A model generated the notes under the pieces. It had not been told where the DNA came from. It was given only the letters and a program-made list of their open reading frames with translations, and ran no database searches. A DNA stretch of 27,554 bases from Nitrososphaerota archaeon (lineage in GTDB: Archaea > Thermoproteota > Nitrososphaeria > PSMU01). Shown here piece by piece: positions 1-8,029 of the stretch (the first letter of the stretch is position 1; the number at the start of each line of letters is the position of its first letter). The stretch is taken from the NCBI GenBank assembly GCA_040290255.1, contig PSMU01000006.1, positions 1-27,554 of the forward strand, in the 5' to 3' direction. Position numbers and translations under genes: made by a program.

Positions 1-43
1 CCTCCTAAGCTGCAGGTCGTGGGTTCAAATCCCACCGGGCCCG
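1..43 (+). tRNA. tRNA-Arg(CCT), 3' portion (5' half lies outside the window)
   Basis: Anticodon loop CTCCTAA (2-8), 3' stem GCTGC, variable loop AGGTC, T-arm GTGGG-TTCAAAT-CCCAC, acceptor strand CGGGCCC, discriminator G43. Confidence 0.9.
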
Positions 44-45
44 CC

Positions 46-1190
46 TCTAATTGAGTGCAAATCCTTATACAGGATTATGCGCTTATAAAAATCCTTTAAA
101 GCCATACCGATTTACCTATAATATGATTACTATATCGCCTGAGGGGTTTCTGAGATTTCTTAAAATTCTAGAACATTAACTCAACAGTTTTCCAAAATCC
201 TTTAGTGTGTGTTTTGGTGAAGATATGAGCTAACCCATGAGCTATTACGTATTTTAAAACGCTATTAGGCAGTGCTACAGCATTTACTTTAACCAGAATT
301 TTGTTTCCATCCAAGTTTTTGGAGTTATTGAATGATAAAATTCTCAACTGCGCCTTTTTCTGTGTATAAGCTCACTTTCTCAGCCTCAAGATCTGGCCAC
401 ATATTGTTCCAAATTTTCCAAGGATTCCTCGGTTATCTTAATGAAAGAATCAAGCATCTGAATTAGTGGCATTTTTTCATCATAAACATTTAGTGGGTTG
501 AAATTATCTTCTGGATATCTTGATCTAATTGCATGAGGAGAAAAAACGAAGGAAAGAGAGATCAAAGACAAATAGCAGAAAGTACGTAAAGGAAAAAGCT
601 CAATTTGCTCAATTTGTTCGTTAAGTTTCTTTTTGTTTTCCTCTGTTTCGATGTGACAACTACGAATGATTTGATTTCTCAGTTCCTTTTTTAAAGTTTT
701 TAAAGTTTCTTGTAGTGACATATTCTTTAATAATTTATTTAATTTATTGATTTTGGTAACCCTACTGATTTCGGTTAGCATGTCGTTAAGGTACTTCCTA
801 GAAGAAGAAATCTTCCATAACTTCTTCTCGCCAGCCTTCTTAGTAAGCTTTTTTTCATACCTCTGATACTCACGTAATAACTTATTTATATTTATTGGAC
901 CCTTCACTTGCCTAAGTTTTTCTATAAGCATTGGGTACTTTTTAAGATCTTCAATTAGTTTCTCCTTAAGTATGAACGCAACTTGCCATCCAGCATGCCC
1001 AATTCGTTTCTTCAAATCCTCTTCGGTGGTTATTATTTTATCCCTAATTACCAGAGATTTAGCTGCTTTTTCAATGCTTTGTTGCAAATAGAACACAGAA
1101 TGAGGGTAGAGCTTTTTACAAAACAAGCATCTAGCGGCTTCTAAGTCCTTTTTTGCTATTTCTAGCCAAATTAACTCCGTCCTCATATCT
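46..1190. other. Low-GC islet (probable horizontally acquired DNA) downstream of tRNA-Arg(CCT)
   Basis: Spot count about 33% GC (481-540) versus about 68% in core genes (5101-5160). Sharp boundaries at the tRNA 3' end and at the stop codon of the DUF151 gene. Confidence 0.8.
386..1186 (-). CDS. HEPN domain protein (COG2250/PF05168-like) with a long internal insertion
   Basis: N-terminal WLEIAKKDLEAARCL...FYLQQSIEKAAKS, a GH motif and C-terminal SRYP are typical of this HEPN type; AT-rich codon usage. Confidence 0.8.
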   Translation of the reverse strand: MRTELIWLEIAKKDLEAARCLFCKKLYPHSVFYLQQSIEKAAKSLVIRDKIITTEEDLKKRIGHAGWQVAFILKEKLIEDLKKYPMLIEKLRQVKGPININKLLREYQRYEKKLTKKAGEKKLWKISSSRKYLNDMLTEISRVTKINKLNKLLKNMSLQETLKTLKKELRNQIIRSCHIETEENKKKLNEQIEQIELFPLRTFCYLSLISLSFVFSPHAIRSRYPEDNFNPLNVYDEKMPLIQMLDSFIKITEESLENLEQYVARS

Positions 1191-1616
1191 TTACTCCTCC
1201 TGCTGCAGGAGGCTTTCGCGCACGTAGATGGCTACATCGTAAAACGTGGCCAGCGCTATGGCATCCGAAGCGCGAAAGCCCTTCAGCGGCATGATGTTCC
1301 TGTCCCTGCGCTCGAAGTATAGGTCCGCCCTCAGGACCCCGTTCCTAGGGTAGATCTCCACCTTGACCAGGTGCGTGCTGAAGGCCTCCGCCAGCGCTTC
1401 TACGATGTTGTAGATGGTGGGTATGGAGCTCCTATCCCCGCTGATGAAGCGAGCGATATGAGATGCTACCTCGCCGGAGAAGGACCTCATGGAAAGGGCC
1501 CTTCCATCCTCCGCCCTTAGCGTCAGCACGCCCTCGAGCCCGCCTTCATCCGCAAAGCCCACCGCCTCCACCTTCACCGGCACATACCTCTCCTCGGCGG
1601 GGCCCTCCTCGGCCAT
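1191..1616 (-). CDS. Bifunctional nuclease family (DUF151) protein
   Basis: PTIYNIV...VKVEIY...ADLYF...RASDAIALA resembles the DUF151 RPxTHDL...RPSDAIALA signature; TATA-like TTTTAT about 25 nt upstream. Confidence 0.8.
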   Translation of the reverse strand: MAEEGPAEERYVPVKVEAVGFADEGGLEGVLTLRAEDGRALSMRSFSGEVASHIARFISGDRSSIPTIYNIVEALAEAFSTHLVKVEIYPRNGVLRADLYFERRDRNIMPLKGFRASDAIALATFYDVAIYVRESLLQQEE

Positions 1617-1899
1617 GGCTTGCCATAGGACCGCCCCGATAAAAAGCTATTTCGAGCCCCAGCCCGCGACAGATACGTGGCCGTCCTAGGGCTTGGCCCG
1701 CCGCCGGCATGTCCCAGGGCCTGGGCACTGGGCTTCATGCAAGCGAGCTCACAGCGCCCAGGACCTCAGCCATTTTGCCATCGTATTTCGCGGGGCTTCG
1801 GCCGGCTGGCCTCGATAGGTCGGCATCCCCTATACGGACAGGAACAGATACTCTTCTTACGCCCCGCCCTGGTGCGGATCCGTTTTCCGCTCACGCTTG

Positions 1900-2580
1900 A
1901 TTGCCACAACGGGTGCCTTCTGAGAAGATGAAGGCCTAAAGGAAACGTCAGCGTAAGCAGGAAGATTGTGTTGGCGAAGAAGTTCAAGCTTCCCTCCCTC
2001 CCAAATGGCTATGAGGCTCATCAAGTCGTACCGTAAAAGCAGGCTCTGCCATGCATCGTGTATTACAGTCGATTCGTATCATGCCTCGCCGAATAGGCCG
2101 AAGGCGACGTTGACGGCCCTTTCAACGTTATGGGCGCGTTTAGTTATGGCGGCGCCGAGGTTGATGCGAGCAGCGCGAGGAGCGCTGCAAGGATCAGCGC
2201 GTTATTGCCCCGAGCCCATACAAAACCCGAGCGCGGCGCCGGTGACGGCTTTCCCGAGGCCGAAATAAACGAAAGGAGGACGTAGCAAAAGGGATTCGGG
2301 CAGCCTATATCGCCCGCCCCTAAAAGCAGCCCTGCCGAAAAAGCCGTCGCATAAGAACTGCCGGCCCGCCCCATCCGCAGTGCATGGGCCGAAGAAGCGC
2401 AAAGGGACATCGAATAGCTCCCCCAGGGCATACGAGTAGCCGATCGCTCCTCCAATCGCGAAGACAACGCCCTTGATCTGAGGCAATCCAACGAACTGGC
2501 CGGCAGCTGCCAGCGCCGTGCCCAGCGCGGAGGTGAACAGCGCTCTGCCTGCGCCAAAGGATGCGGAAACCATCACCGCG
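1900..2580 (-). pseudogene. Fragmented CcdA/DsbD-like (cytochrome c biogenesis-type) membrane protein; boundaries approximate
   Basis: Hydrophobic segments spread over three frames: FGAGRALFTSALG...YSYALGEL / AFSAGLLLGAGDIGCPNPFCYVLLSFISASG / AVTGAALGF / LYGLGAIT / LILAALLALL / INLGAAITKRA...GLFGEA*YESTVIHDAW / NFFANTIFLLTLTFPL. In-frame TGA at 2079-2081; about 50% GC by spot count. Confidence 0.65.
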
Positions 2581-2588
2581 TCTATCGG

Positions 2589-2716
2589 TGCGGGGGGTGG
2601 GATTTGAACCCACGAACCCCTGAAGGGACGGGATGCCCTCCCCCTGGGGATCTTAAGTCTCGCGCCTTTGACCCGCGCCTTTGGACGGGCCCTTGTCCAG
2701 GCTCGGCCACCCCCGC
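2589..2716 (-). tRNA. tRNA-Leu(TAA) with three predicted introns (2681-2692, 2660-2672, 2635-2651)
   Basis: Removing the three inserts gives GCGGGGG TG GCCG AGCCTGGACAA AGGC G CGGGA CTTAAGA TCCCG, a long variable arm, then GTGGG TTCAAAT CCCAC CCCCCGC A, with perfect acceptor, anticodon and T stems. Anticodon at 2653-2655. Confidence 0.9.
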
Positions 2717-2772
2717 CGTCCTTTGTGCTCCCATGCGCCATAAAAGGCTAACTAGCCGTCCGGCCCGGGAGC

Positions 2773-3639
2773 CTAGCCCTGGGCCGCCAGTCGGCTCTCC
2801 AAGAGCCTCGCGCGCCAATGCGCCCTGACCAGGAGGAGCGCGGCGTTCTCCGGCGTAATGATATCGCCCTCCTCCGCCAGCAGCAGGGCCTGCAGGTGGG
2901 CCCTGGCCAAGAGCCGCTCCAAGATCATGGGCTCCGGGTACTGCATCTCCAGGCCCAGCGCCAGCGCGTTCGCGTGGGCCTGCCGAAGCTCGCTGGCGAC
3001 GCCCGCGAGGTCCAGCTTCAGCCTTTCGGCCGGTATGAGGGTCCGCTTCCAGAGCACTACCTTCACGGGGAGCTCGGCCTTCATCGGCCTCAGGTTGAAG
3101 CGCCTGAGCAGGGCCGCGAGCTTGGGCGTGATGACATCGCCGGGCTTCGCCACCTGCGTATCCTTCGCCACCCAGACCGTGCCGCCCTCCACCCTCGTGG
3201 GTATCTTGAACTCCCTGAACTCCGTGAGCACGGGGCCCGGCGGCAGGCCCGTGTTGCCCGCGGGCACGATGATCGGCTCTACGGCTATGTCCCCCGCCTT
3301 GGCCGGAAGGCTGATCTTCAGCTCCGAGAAGGTGGCCACGAGCTCGAAGGGGTCCATCTTCGTGAAGGCCAGCAGCACCTGCCCCTCCAGGTAAGGCAGC
3401 AGGCGCTCCAGGCCCTCGTCTAGGCTCGAGAAGACCTTGGCGGCCAGCTTTACCCTGGGCACGAGAAGGGCTACCTTGCCCCTAAGGCGCTTCCTGTACT
3501 CATTGATGAGCAGCGCGCTGACGCGGTTAAGGGGACAGATGGCCACGCATTCATGCTCCCGAGCATAGCGCTCCAGTTGCTCCATCAGCGCCCGCTTCCG
3601 GGCCGGGTACCTTCGCGGCGTTACGGCCAGCTGGCTCAC
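2773..3639 (-). CDS. rpl10: 50S ribosomal protein L10 (archaeal P0, uL10)
   Basis: PAKAGDIA...VPAGNTGLPPGP...F...KIPTRVEGGTV...V.K.G..I...LA.LL P0 domain II motifs; overlaps the rpl1 stop codon. Confidence 0.95.
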   Translation of the reverse strand: MSQLAVTPRRYPARKRALMEQLERYAREHECVAICPLNRVSALLINEYRKRLRGKVALLVPRVKLAAKVFSSLDEGLERLLPYLEGQVLLAFTKMDPFELVATFSELKISLPAKAGDIAVEPIIVPAGNTGLPPGPVLTEFREFKIPTRVEGGTVWVAKDTQVAKPGDVITPKLAALLRRFNLRPMKAELPVKVVLWKRTLIPAERLKLDLAGVASELRQAHANALALGLEMQYPEPMILERLLARAHLQALLLAEEGDIITPENAALLLVRAHWRARLLESRLAAQG

Positions 3640-4301
3640 TTCACCATCACCTGAAGGGCCCTCGGGGGGCCCATGGTGGCCTTTATCATCACCTTCTTCA
3701 CGTTATCCTCGCCCCTGGGCAGCTTCCTCACCAGGTGCTCCAGCACGGCCAGCGCGTTCTCCGCTATTTCCGTGTCCCGCATGCCCTCATCGCCCACCTT
3801 GCAGCTGAAGGCCAGATGGCCCTTGTTCCTGAGCCTTGTGGAAAGGAGAAGGCGCCGGACGGCCTCCTCGGGGGGCGTGGCGGGGAAGAGGGGCATGGGC
3901 GCCTTGCCGCGAGGCGCCAAATACGGGCCCAGCGCCCTGCCCACGCGGGGCATCAGGGGGGCCTCCACCAGCAGGAAGTCGAGCTCCCTGGCGAGCTTTT
4001 TCGCGGCCCTCTTGCTCGCCGCGAGCGCATCGACCTCGCCGGGCGTCAGCACCCTGGCGATGCCCTCAACCCTCCTGAGCCTGAGCTCGAGGTCCCCGGA
4101 GGCCACGGCATAGACGCGAGGCGCCTCCGTAAACCTATGCGGCAGGGGCACGGCCTCGTTTAGGGTCAGCAGCTCCCTGTCCTTCTTCGGATCCAGGCCC
4201 TTGAGCGTGACGATCAGCTCGAAGCTCTGGGCAAAATTCCTCCTGGGCGCCGAGGCCCTTGCCTCCCTTACCAGGGCCTCGAGCTGTTCCTTGCTGACCA
4301 T
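3636..4301 (-). CDS. rpl1: 50S ribosomal protein L1 (uL1)
   Basis: RNFAQSFEL, LMPRVGRALGPYLAPRGKAP, KVGDEGM...IAEN, KATMGP. Confidence 0.95.
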   Translation of the reverse strand: MVSKEQLEALVREARASAPRRNFAQSFELIVTLKGLDPKKDRELLTLNEAVPLPHRFTEAPRVYAVASGDLELRLRRVEGIARVLTPGEVDALAASKRAAKKLARELDFLLVEAPLMPRVGRALGPYLAPRGKAPMPLFPATPPEEAVRRLLLSTRLRNKGHLAFSCKVGDEGMRDTEIAENALAVLEHLVRKLPRGEDNVKKVMIKATMGPPRALQVMVK

Positions 4302-4330
4302 GACGAAGCGGCCTGCGCGGCAGGCGCTTC

Positions 4331-4363
4331 CTAAAAAACCCTTTCCCCTCCAAACCTTTATAA
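4331..4363. promoter_or_regulatory. Divergent archaeal promoters for rpl1 and rpl44e
   Basis: TTTATAA at 4357-4363, 24 nt before the rpl44e ATG; TTTTTTAG on the minus strand at 4331-4338 upstream of rpl1. Confidence 0.6.
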
Positions 4364-4387
4364 GCGCGCGAGGCCGGCCTCGCCCAT

Positions 4388-4666
4388 ATGCTGGCGCCCA
4401 AGGAGGTCAGGACCTTCTGCCCTCGCTGCGGAAAGTACACTACGCATGCGCTATCGCTCTATAAGAAGGGAAAGGACAGGGCCATGGCCTGGGGGGCCCG
4501 CAAGCACGAAAGGAGGAGGAGGGGCTACGGCGGCCAGAAGTACCCAAAGCAGAGGAGGACGGCCAAGACCACAAAGAAGCAGACGCTGAAGCTCACGTGC
4601 AAGGAGTGCGGCAGGCAGCGGCTTCGGCCGGGCCTCAGGCTTCGCAAGCTGGAGATAAAGAGGTGA
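4388..4666 (+). CDS. rpl44e: 50S ribosomal protein L44e (eL42)
   Basis: PKEVRTFCPRC..YT.H, GYGGQKYP, AKTTKK, C..CG zinc ribbon. Confidence 0.95.
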   Translation: MLAPKEVRTFCPRCGKYTTHALSLYKKGKDRAMAWGARKHERRRRGYGGQKYPKQRRTAKTTKKQTLKLTCKECGRQRLRPGLRLRKLEIKR

Positions 4667-4673
4667 GGGGGCC

Positions 4674-4874
4674 TTGCCGGGCGAGCAGGAGCTCATTCCA
4701 TCACCGCGAAGCAGGTTCCTCCTGGTAAAGTGCTCCAACTGCGGGCTGGAGATGGTCAGCTTTAGCCATGCGGCCGGCGAGGTGCGCTGCAGGGCCTGCG
4801 GCGAGCTGCTGCTCAGGCCCACGGGGGGCAAGGCGCGGCTCGTGGGCGGCGTCGTGGTGAGGGTGCTTGAGTAG
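4674..4874 (+). CDS. rps27e: 30S ribosomal protein S27e (eS27)
   Basis: IPSPRSRFLLVKCSNC...FSHA...V.C..CG..L..PTGGKA; TTG start. Confidence 0.95.
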   Translation: MPGEQELIPSPRSRFLLVKCSNCGLEMVSFSHAAGEVRCRACGELLLRPTGGKARLVGGVVVRVLE

Positions 4875-5652
4875 GGAGGGCGTCAGCGCGGGCGCCAAGG
4901 TCGAGCTGCCGGTGGAGGGAGAGCTCGTCTACGGCATAGTGACCAAGATCACGCCCCATGGGGCCTATGTGGCCCTGCCCGAGTACAGGGGCGTCGAGGG
5001 CTTCGTGCACATCAGCGAGATGACTTCGGGCTGGATAAGGAACGTCGAGAAGGTGCTGAGGGAGAAGCAGCGGGTCGTGGCCAAGGTGATCAGGGTCGAG
5101 CCGGCGAGGCTCGAGGTGGACCTCAGCCTGCGCCAGGTGAGCGGCGAAGAGAGAAGGAAGAAGGTCCTCGAGGTAAAGCAGAACGAGAAGGTGAGGGCCG
5201 TCTTCGCGAGGCTGAAGGCCCGGCTGGGATGGGGGGACGATTACCTTGAGGGCGAACTCACGAAGAAGCTCCTTTCCCTGGGGGCCTCGCCCTTTGAGGC
5301 GCTGGAGAGGGTGGTCAAGGAGGGGCCCAACCTCCTGCTCTCGTTGGGCCTGCAGGAGCAGGAGGCCAGGGCCATCTGGGAGGAGGCGAGGGATAAGATC
5401 AAGCCCAGGATCTACCTGGAGCACAGGCTGCTGGAGCTCAGGTGCAGGGCGCCGGATGGTGTGGAGAGGATAAGGGCCGCGCTGCTCTCCGCGCTGGAGG
5501 ACGGCGTGGAGATACAGTACCTGGGGGCGCCGCGCTACCTGCTCAGCGTCTCCTCACCCGACCCCCGGGAGCTCAAGGGGAGGGTAGAGCAGGTGTTGGG
5601 CAGGCTGGAGGGCAAGGCCCGTGAGCTGGGCGTGGAGGTTAGGCAGCTATGA
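4867..5652 (+). CDS. eif2a: Translation initiation factor 2 subunit alpha (aIF2alpha)
   Basis: S1 domain LPVEGELV...GAYV.L.EY...EGFVHISE...WIRN...VDLSLR; C-terminal DGVERI and YLGAPRY; conserved position after rps27e. Confidence 0.95.
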   Translation: MSREGVSAGAKVELPVEGELVYGIVTKITPHGAYVALPEYRGVEGFVHISEMTSGWIRNVEKVLREKQRVVAKVIRVEPARLEVDLSLRQVSGEERRKKVLEVKQNEKVRAVFARLKARLGWGDDYLEGELTKKLLSLGASPFEALERVVKEGPNLLLSLGLQEQEARAIWEEARDKIKPRIYLEHRLLELRCRAPDGVERIRAALLSALEDGVEIQYLGAPRYLLSVSSPDPRELKGRVEQVLGRLEGKARELGVEVRQL

Positions 5653-5906
5653 AGCGCCTCCTGCTGCGCTGTGAGGCCTGCGGAAGGTATACGCTGGAGC
5701 CCCGCTGCCCGCGCTGTGGAGGCGCGACCCATTCGCCCCATCCTCCCAAGTTCTCCCTGCAGGACCCCTATCTGGACCTCCGGCTGGGGCAGGAGCACAT
5801 AAGCCGCCTGCTCTCAGGCGATGCGGTAGACCAGCACGAAGACCCTGATGTTGAGGCTCGTGTGGGGCTGGGCCGAGGACTGAAAGACGAGCTGCAGGGG
5901 GCCTGA
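5649..5906 (+). CDS. nop10: H/ACA RNP protein Nop10, C-terminally extended
   Basis: C..CGRYTL...CPRCGG.T...HPPKFS..DPY; conserved position after aIF2alpha. Confidence 0.9.
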   Translation: MKRLLLRCEACGRYTLEPRCPRCGGATHSPHPPKFSLQDPYLDLRLGQEHISRLLSGDAVDQHEDPDVEARVGLGRGLKDELQGA

Positions 5907-7952
5907 GCCGCCGCTTGGGTAGTGCACCTGCTCCCTCACCAGGAGCACGGGGGGCGTGAAGCCGAGGCCCTGGTTCACCTGCTGCTGGTACTGCTGCGTT
6001 AGAGCGTAGTCGGGCTTGAAGGGGAAGAGCTTGCCGAGCAGCGTATTGCTCCAGAAGTAGGGCGTGGGCAGCAGGTTGCTGTCCAAGTAGAGCGAGACGT
6101 TCAGGCCCGGTATCCTGGCGAACCACTGCATCTTGCTGCCGTCGCCCCCCAGGCTGGTGAGCCCATATGGGTCCCTCTCGAAGGAATATACGCCGGGATA
6201 GAAGCCTATGCCCGAGACGGCCACCATGACCACCACATAGTTGGCCTTCAGCTCATCCCGCAGGATGTGAATGCCGGTGGCCTCGTCCGACATGAAGGCC
6301 CTGCCCACCTCCGCGATCTTGGTGCTGTTGAGCGTGGCGTTATCCACCAGCACGGTCCTGTTGCCCATCACGTTGATCCAGTACCCGTAGTCCCACCAGG
6401 AAGCTATGATGGCGTCGGTGGGCGTATTCTGCCTTATCCAGGCGAGCGCCTGCAGCCAGTCCTCTATGGGCTGCGCCGCGCGAATGGGCACCGCGGCGGA
6501 GGCGATGCTGGTGGGCACATCGGCATCGACCACCCAGCCCGAGACCCCTCCCCTCGAGTAGAAGGGGTTCACGAAGAAGAAGGCCAGCAGCAGCGCCAGA
6601 AGCAGGCCGGCGAGCAACCTGTAAGCGGAGGAGGCCTGGCGCAGCTTAGCGCCGGCCGCGGCCAGGGCCTTCATCAGGCTGGAGAGGCCCAGCCCTCCCA
6701 GCAGCGCGGCCGCCAGCGCGGCGAAGACCAGCAGCCTTGAGAAGGAGGAGGAGCTGTAGATGCCGAAGATGCCTATGCTGAGGGCCAGCATATCATCGTT
6801 GCTCCTCCTCCTCAGGGCCACCACGGCCCCAAGCAGCGCCAGGAGCAGGAAGGGGCCGAAGTTATACAGGTAGTCGGCGCCCGAGGGGGTCAGGTGCTCG
6901 GCCACGGACTCCACCAGAGCGTTCTGGCCCCTCTGAAGGGGCGCCACGACGCTTAGGTAGCGCAGCGAGAGGCCCGATGGGATATCGAAGCTGAACAGCG
7001 CCAGCGCGGCCAGGGTTGCCACCAGGCCCCCCGAAACGAGCGTGGCCAGCGAAGGCAGCGCGCGCTCCCTCCTCACGGCCAGCAGGAGGCCTAGGGAGGC
7101 GTACAGCGCCAACCCGCCCGCATTGAGCGCGAGCAGCGGGCCAGGGCGCGGGAAGAGGGCTCCCGTCAGGACCATAAGGGTGCTGGTGAGCAGCGCGGCC
7201 CTCTTCACCTGCTCGGCATCCTCCTTGGCGAAGATGGCCAGCAGGCAGAAGAGGGCCATCACGCCCAGGAAGAACTGGGAGCCGCCCCAGCTGGTGAGCG
7301 AATAGCCCAGCACCAGCCCCGCCAGCGCCGAGTAAAGGGCCCAGCGCCTCTCCTCAGAGGAATAGGCCTTGGCGAAGAGCAGAAGGCCCAGGGTGCTCAG
7401 GAAGAGCGCGAGGGGCTCGGACTTGAACCAGCCGAGGTTGCCGCGCTGTATCACGGGAGGGGTGACCGAGAACAGCAGCGCGGCCGCCAGCCCGGCCTGG
7501 GCCCCGCCGAGCCTCCGGGCCAAGAGGAAGAGCGGAAAGATGGTGAAGGCGCCGAAGAGGACGGGGAAGATGACCAGGTAATCGTAGAGCGAGACGTTCA
7601 GGCCCAGCACGTCCTTGATGAAGAGGTAGGTGAAGGCGCCCGTCAGGTGCAGGCCGTCCTGGGAGGTCACGGCCACGGCCCTCCCCTCGGGGTACCAGGT
7701 GGTCTTGTCCACCCAGTTGAAGTAGCCGCTGGGCCCGAAGAGGCCCCCCAGCAGCCCCTGGCTCTCCACGGCGTTCACGATGTAGTTGGCGGCCTTGTAG
7801 TCGTAGTAGGGGTCGAACTCGTTGAGGTAATAGCCGTGCTTGGCCGGCAGGGCCCTGAGCGTTATGGCGGCGAAGAGCAGGAGCGCCAGCGCCAGCAGCT
7901 GGGCCAGCCCTCGAGCGCTGAGCTCGGGCCTGCGCAGCGAAGGCCAGCGCAT
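5814..7952 (-). CDS. aglB: Oligosaccharyltransferase AglB (STT3 family)
   Basis: LNEFDPYY, WYP.GR, ESVAEH, SWWDYGYWI and VDNAT motifs; multiple TM helices. Start moved to ATG 7952, about 24 nt after a TATA box. Confidence 0.95.
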   Translation of the reverse strand: MRWPSLRRPELSARGLAQLLALALLLFAAITLRALPAKHGYYLNEFDPYYDYKAANYIVNAVESQGLLGGLFGPSGYFNWVDKTTWYPEGRAVAVTSQDGLHLTGAFTYLFIKDVLGLNVSLYDYLVIFPVLFGAFTIFPLFLLARRLGGAQAGLAAALLFSVTPPVIQRGNLGWFKSEPLALFLSTLGLLLFAKAYSSEERRWALYSALAGLVLGYSLTSWGGSQFFLGVMALFCLLAIFAKEDAEQVKRAALLTSTLMVLTGALFPRPGPLLALNAGGLALYASLGLLLAVRRERALPSLATLVSGGLVATLAALALFSFDIPSGLSLRYLSVVAPLQRGQNALVESVAEHLTPSGADYLYNFGPFLLLALLGAVVALRRRSNDDMLALSIGIFGIYSSSSFSRLLVFAALAAALLGGLGLSSLMKALAAAGAKLRQASSAYRLLAGLLLALLLAFFFVNPFYSRGGVSGWVVDADVPTSIASAAVPIRAAQPIEDWLQALAWIRQNTPTDAIIASWWDYGYWINVMGNRTVLVDNATLNSTKIAEVGRAFMSDEATGIHILRDELKANYVVVMVAVSGIGFYPGVYSFERDPYGLTSLGGDGSKMQWFARIPGLNVSLYLDSNLLPTPYFWSNTLLGKLFPFKPDYALTQQYQQQVNQGLGFTPPVLLVREQVHYPSGGSGPLQLVFQSSAQPHTSLNIRVFVLVYRIA

Positions 7953-7975
7953 CGTGCCGTGCCCTTGCCGCGGCC

Positions 7976-8008
7976 TTATAAAGCCTTGGCCGGGCAAGCA
8001 TTTATATA
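7976..8008. promoter_or_regulatory. Back-to-back TATA boxes for aglB and the Lrp-tiaS-tsr3 unit
   Basis: TTTATAA on the minus strand at 7976-7982 and TTTATATA on the plus strand at 8001-8008, each 21-24 nt from a start codon. Confidence 0.7.
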
Positions 8009-8029
8009 GCGAGGGGGCCCAAAACGTGC

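Noticed and set aside
2079-2081. In-frame TGA as a recoded (selenocysteine) codon
   Set aside because: It lies in a multiply frameshifted remnant and is most simply a TGG-to-TGA nonsense change
2672-2696. Single 25-nt D-loop intron as the alternative parse of tRNA-Leu
   Set aside because: Leaves an A-C mismatch in the anticodon stem and lacks a clear BHB motif, whereas the two-short-intron parse gives two 4-bp central helices; disfavoured but not excluded
1-2716. att-site duplication of either tRNA 3' end
   Set aside because: No second copy found by eye; the similarity between 1-43 and 14384-14425 is explained by two Arg isoacceptors with different anticodons
2202-2741. 179-aa ORF as an intact gene
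   Set aside because: Its 5' part runs through the tRNA-Leu gene; the rest is one frame of the pseudogene
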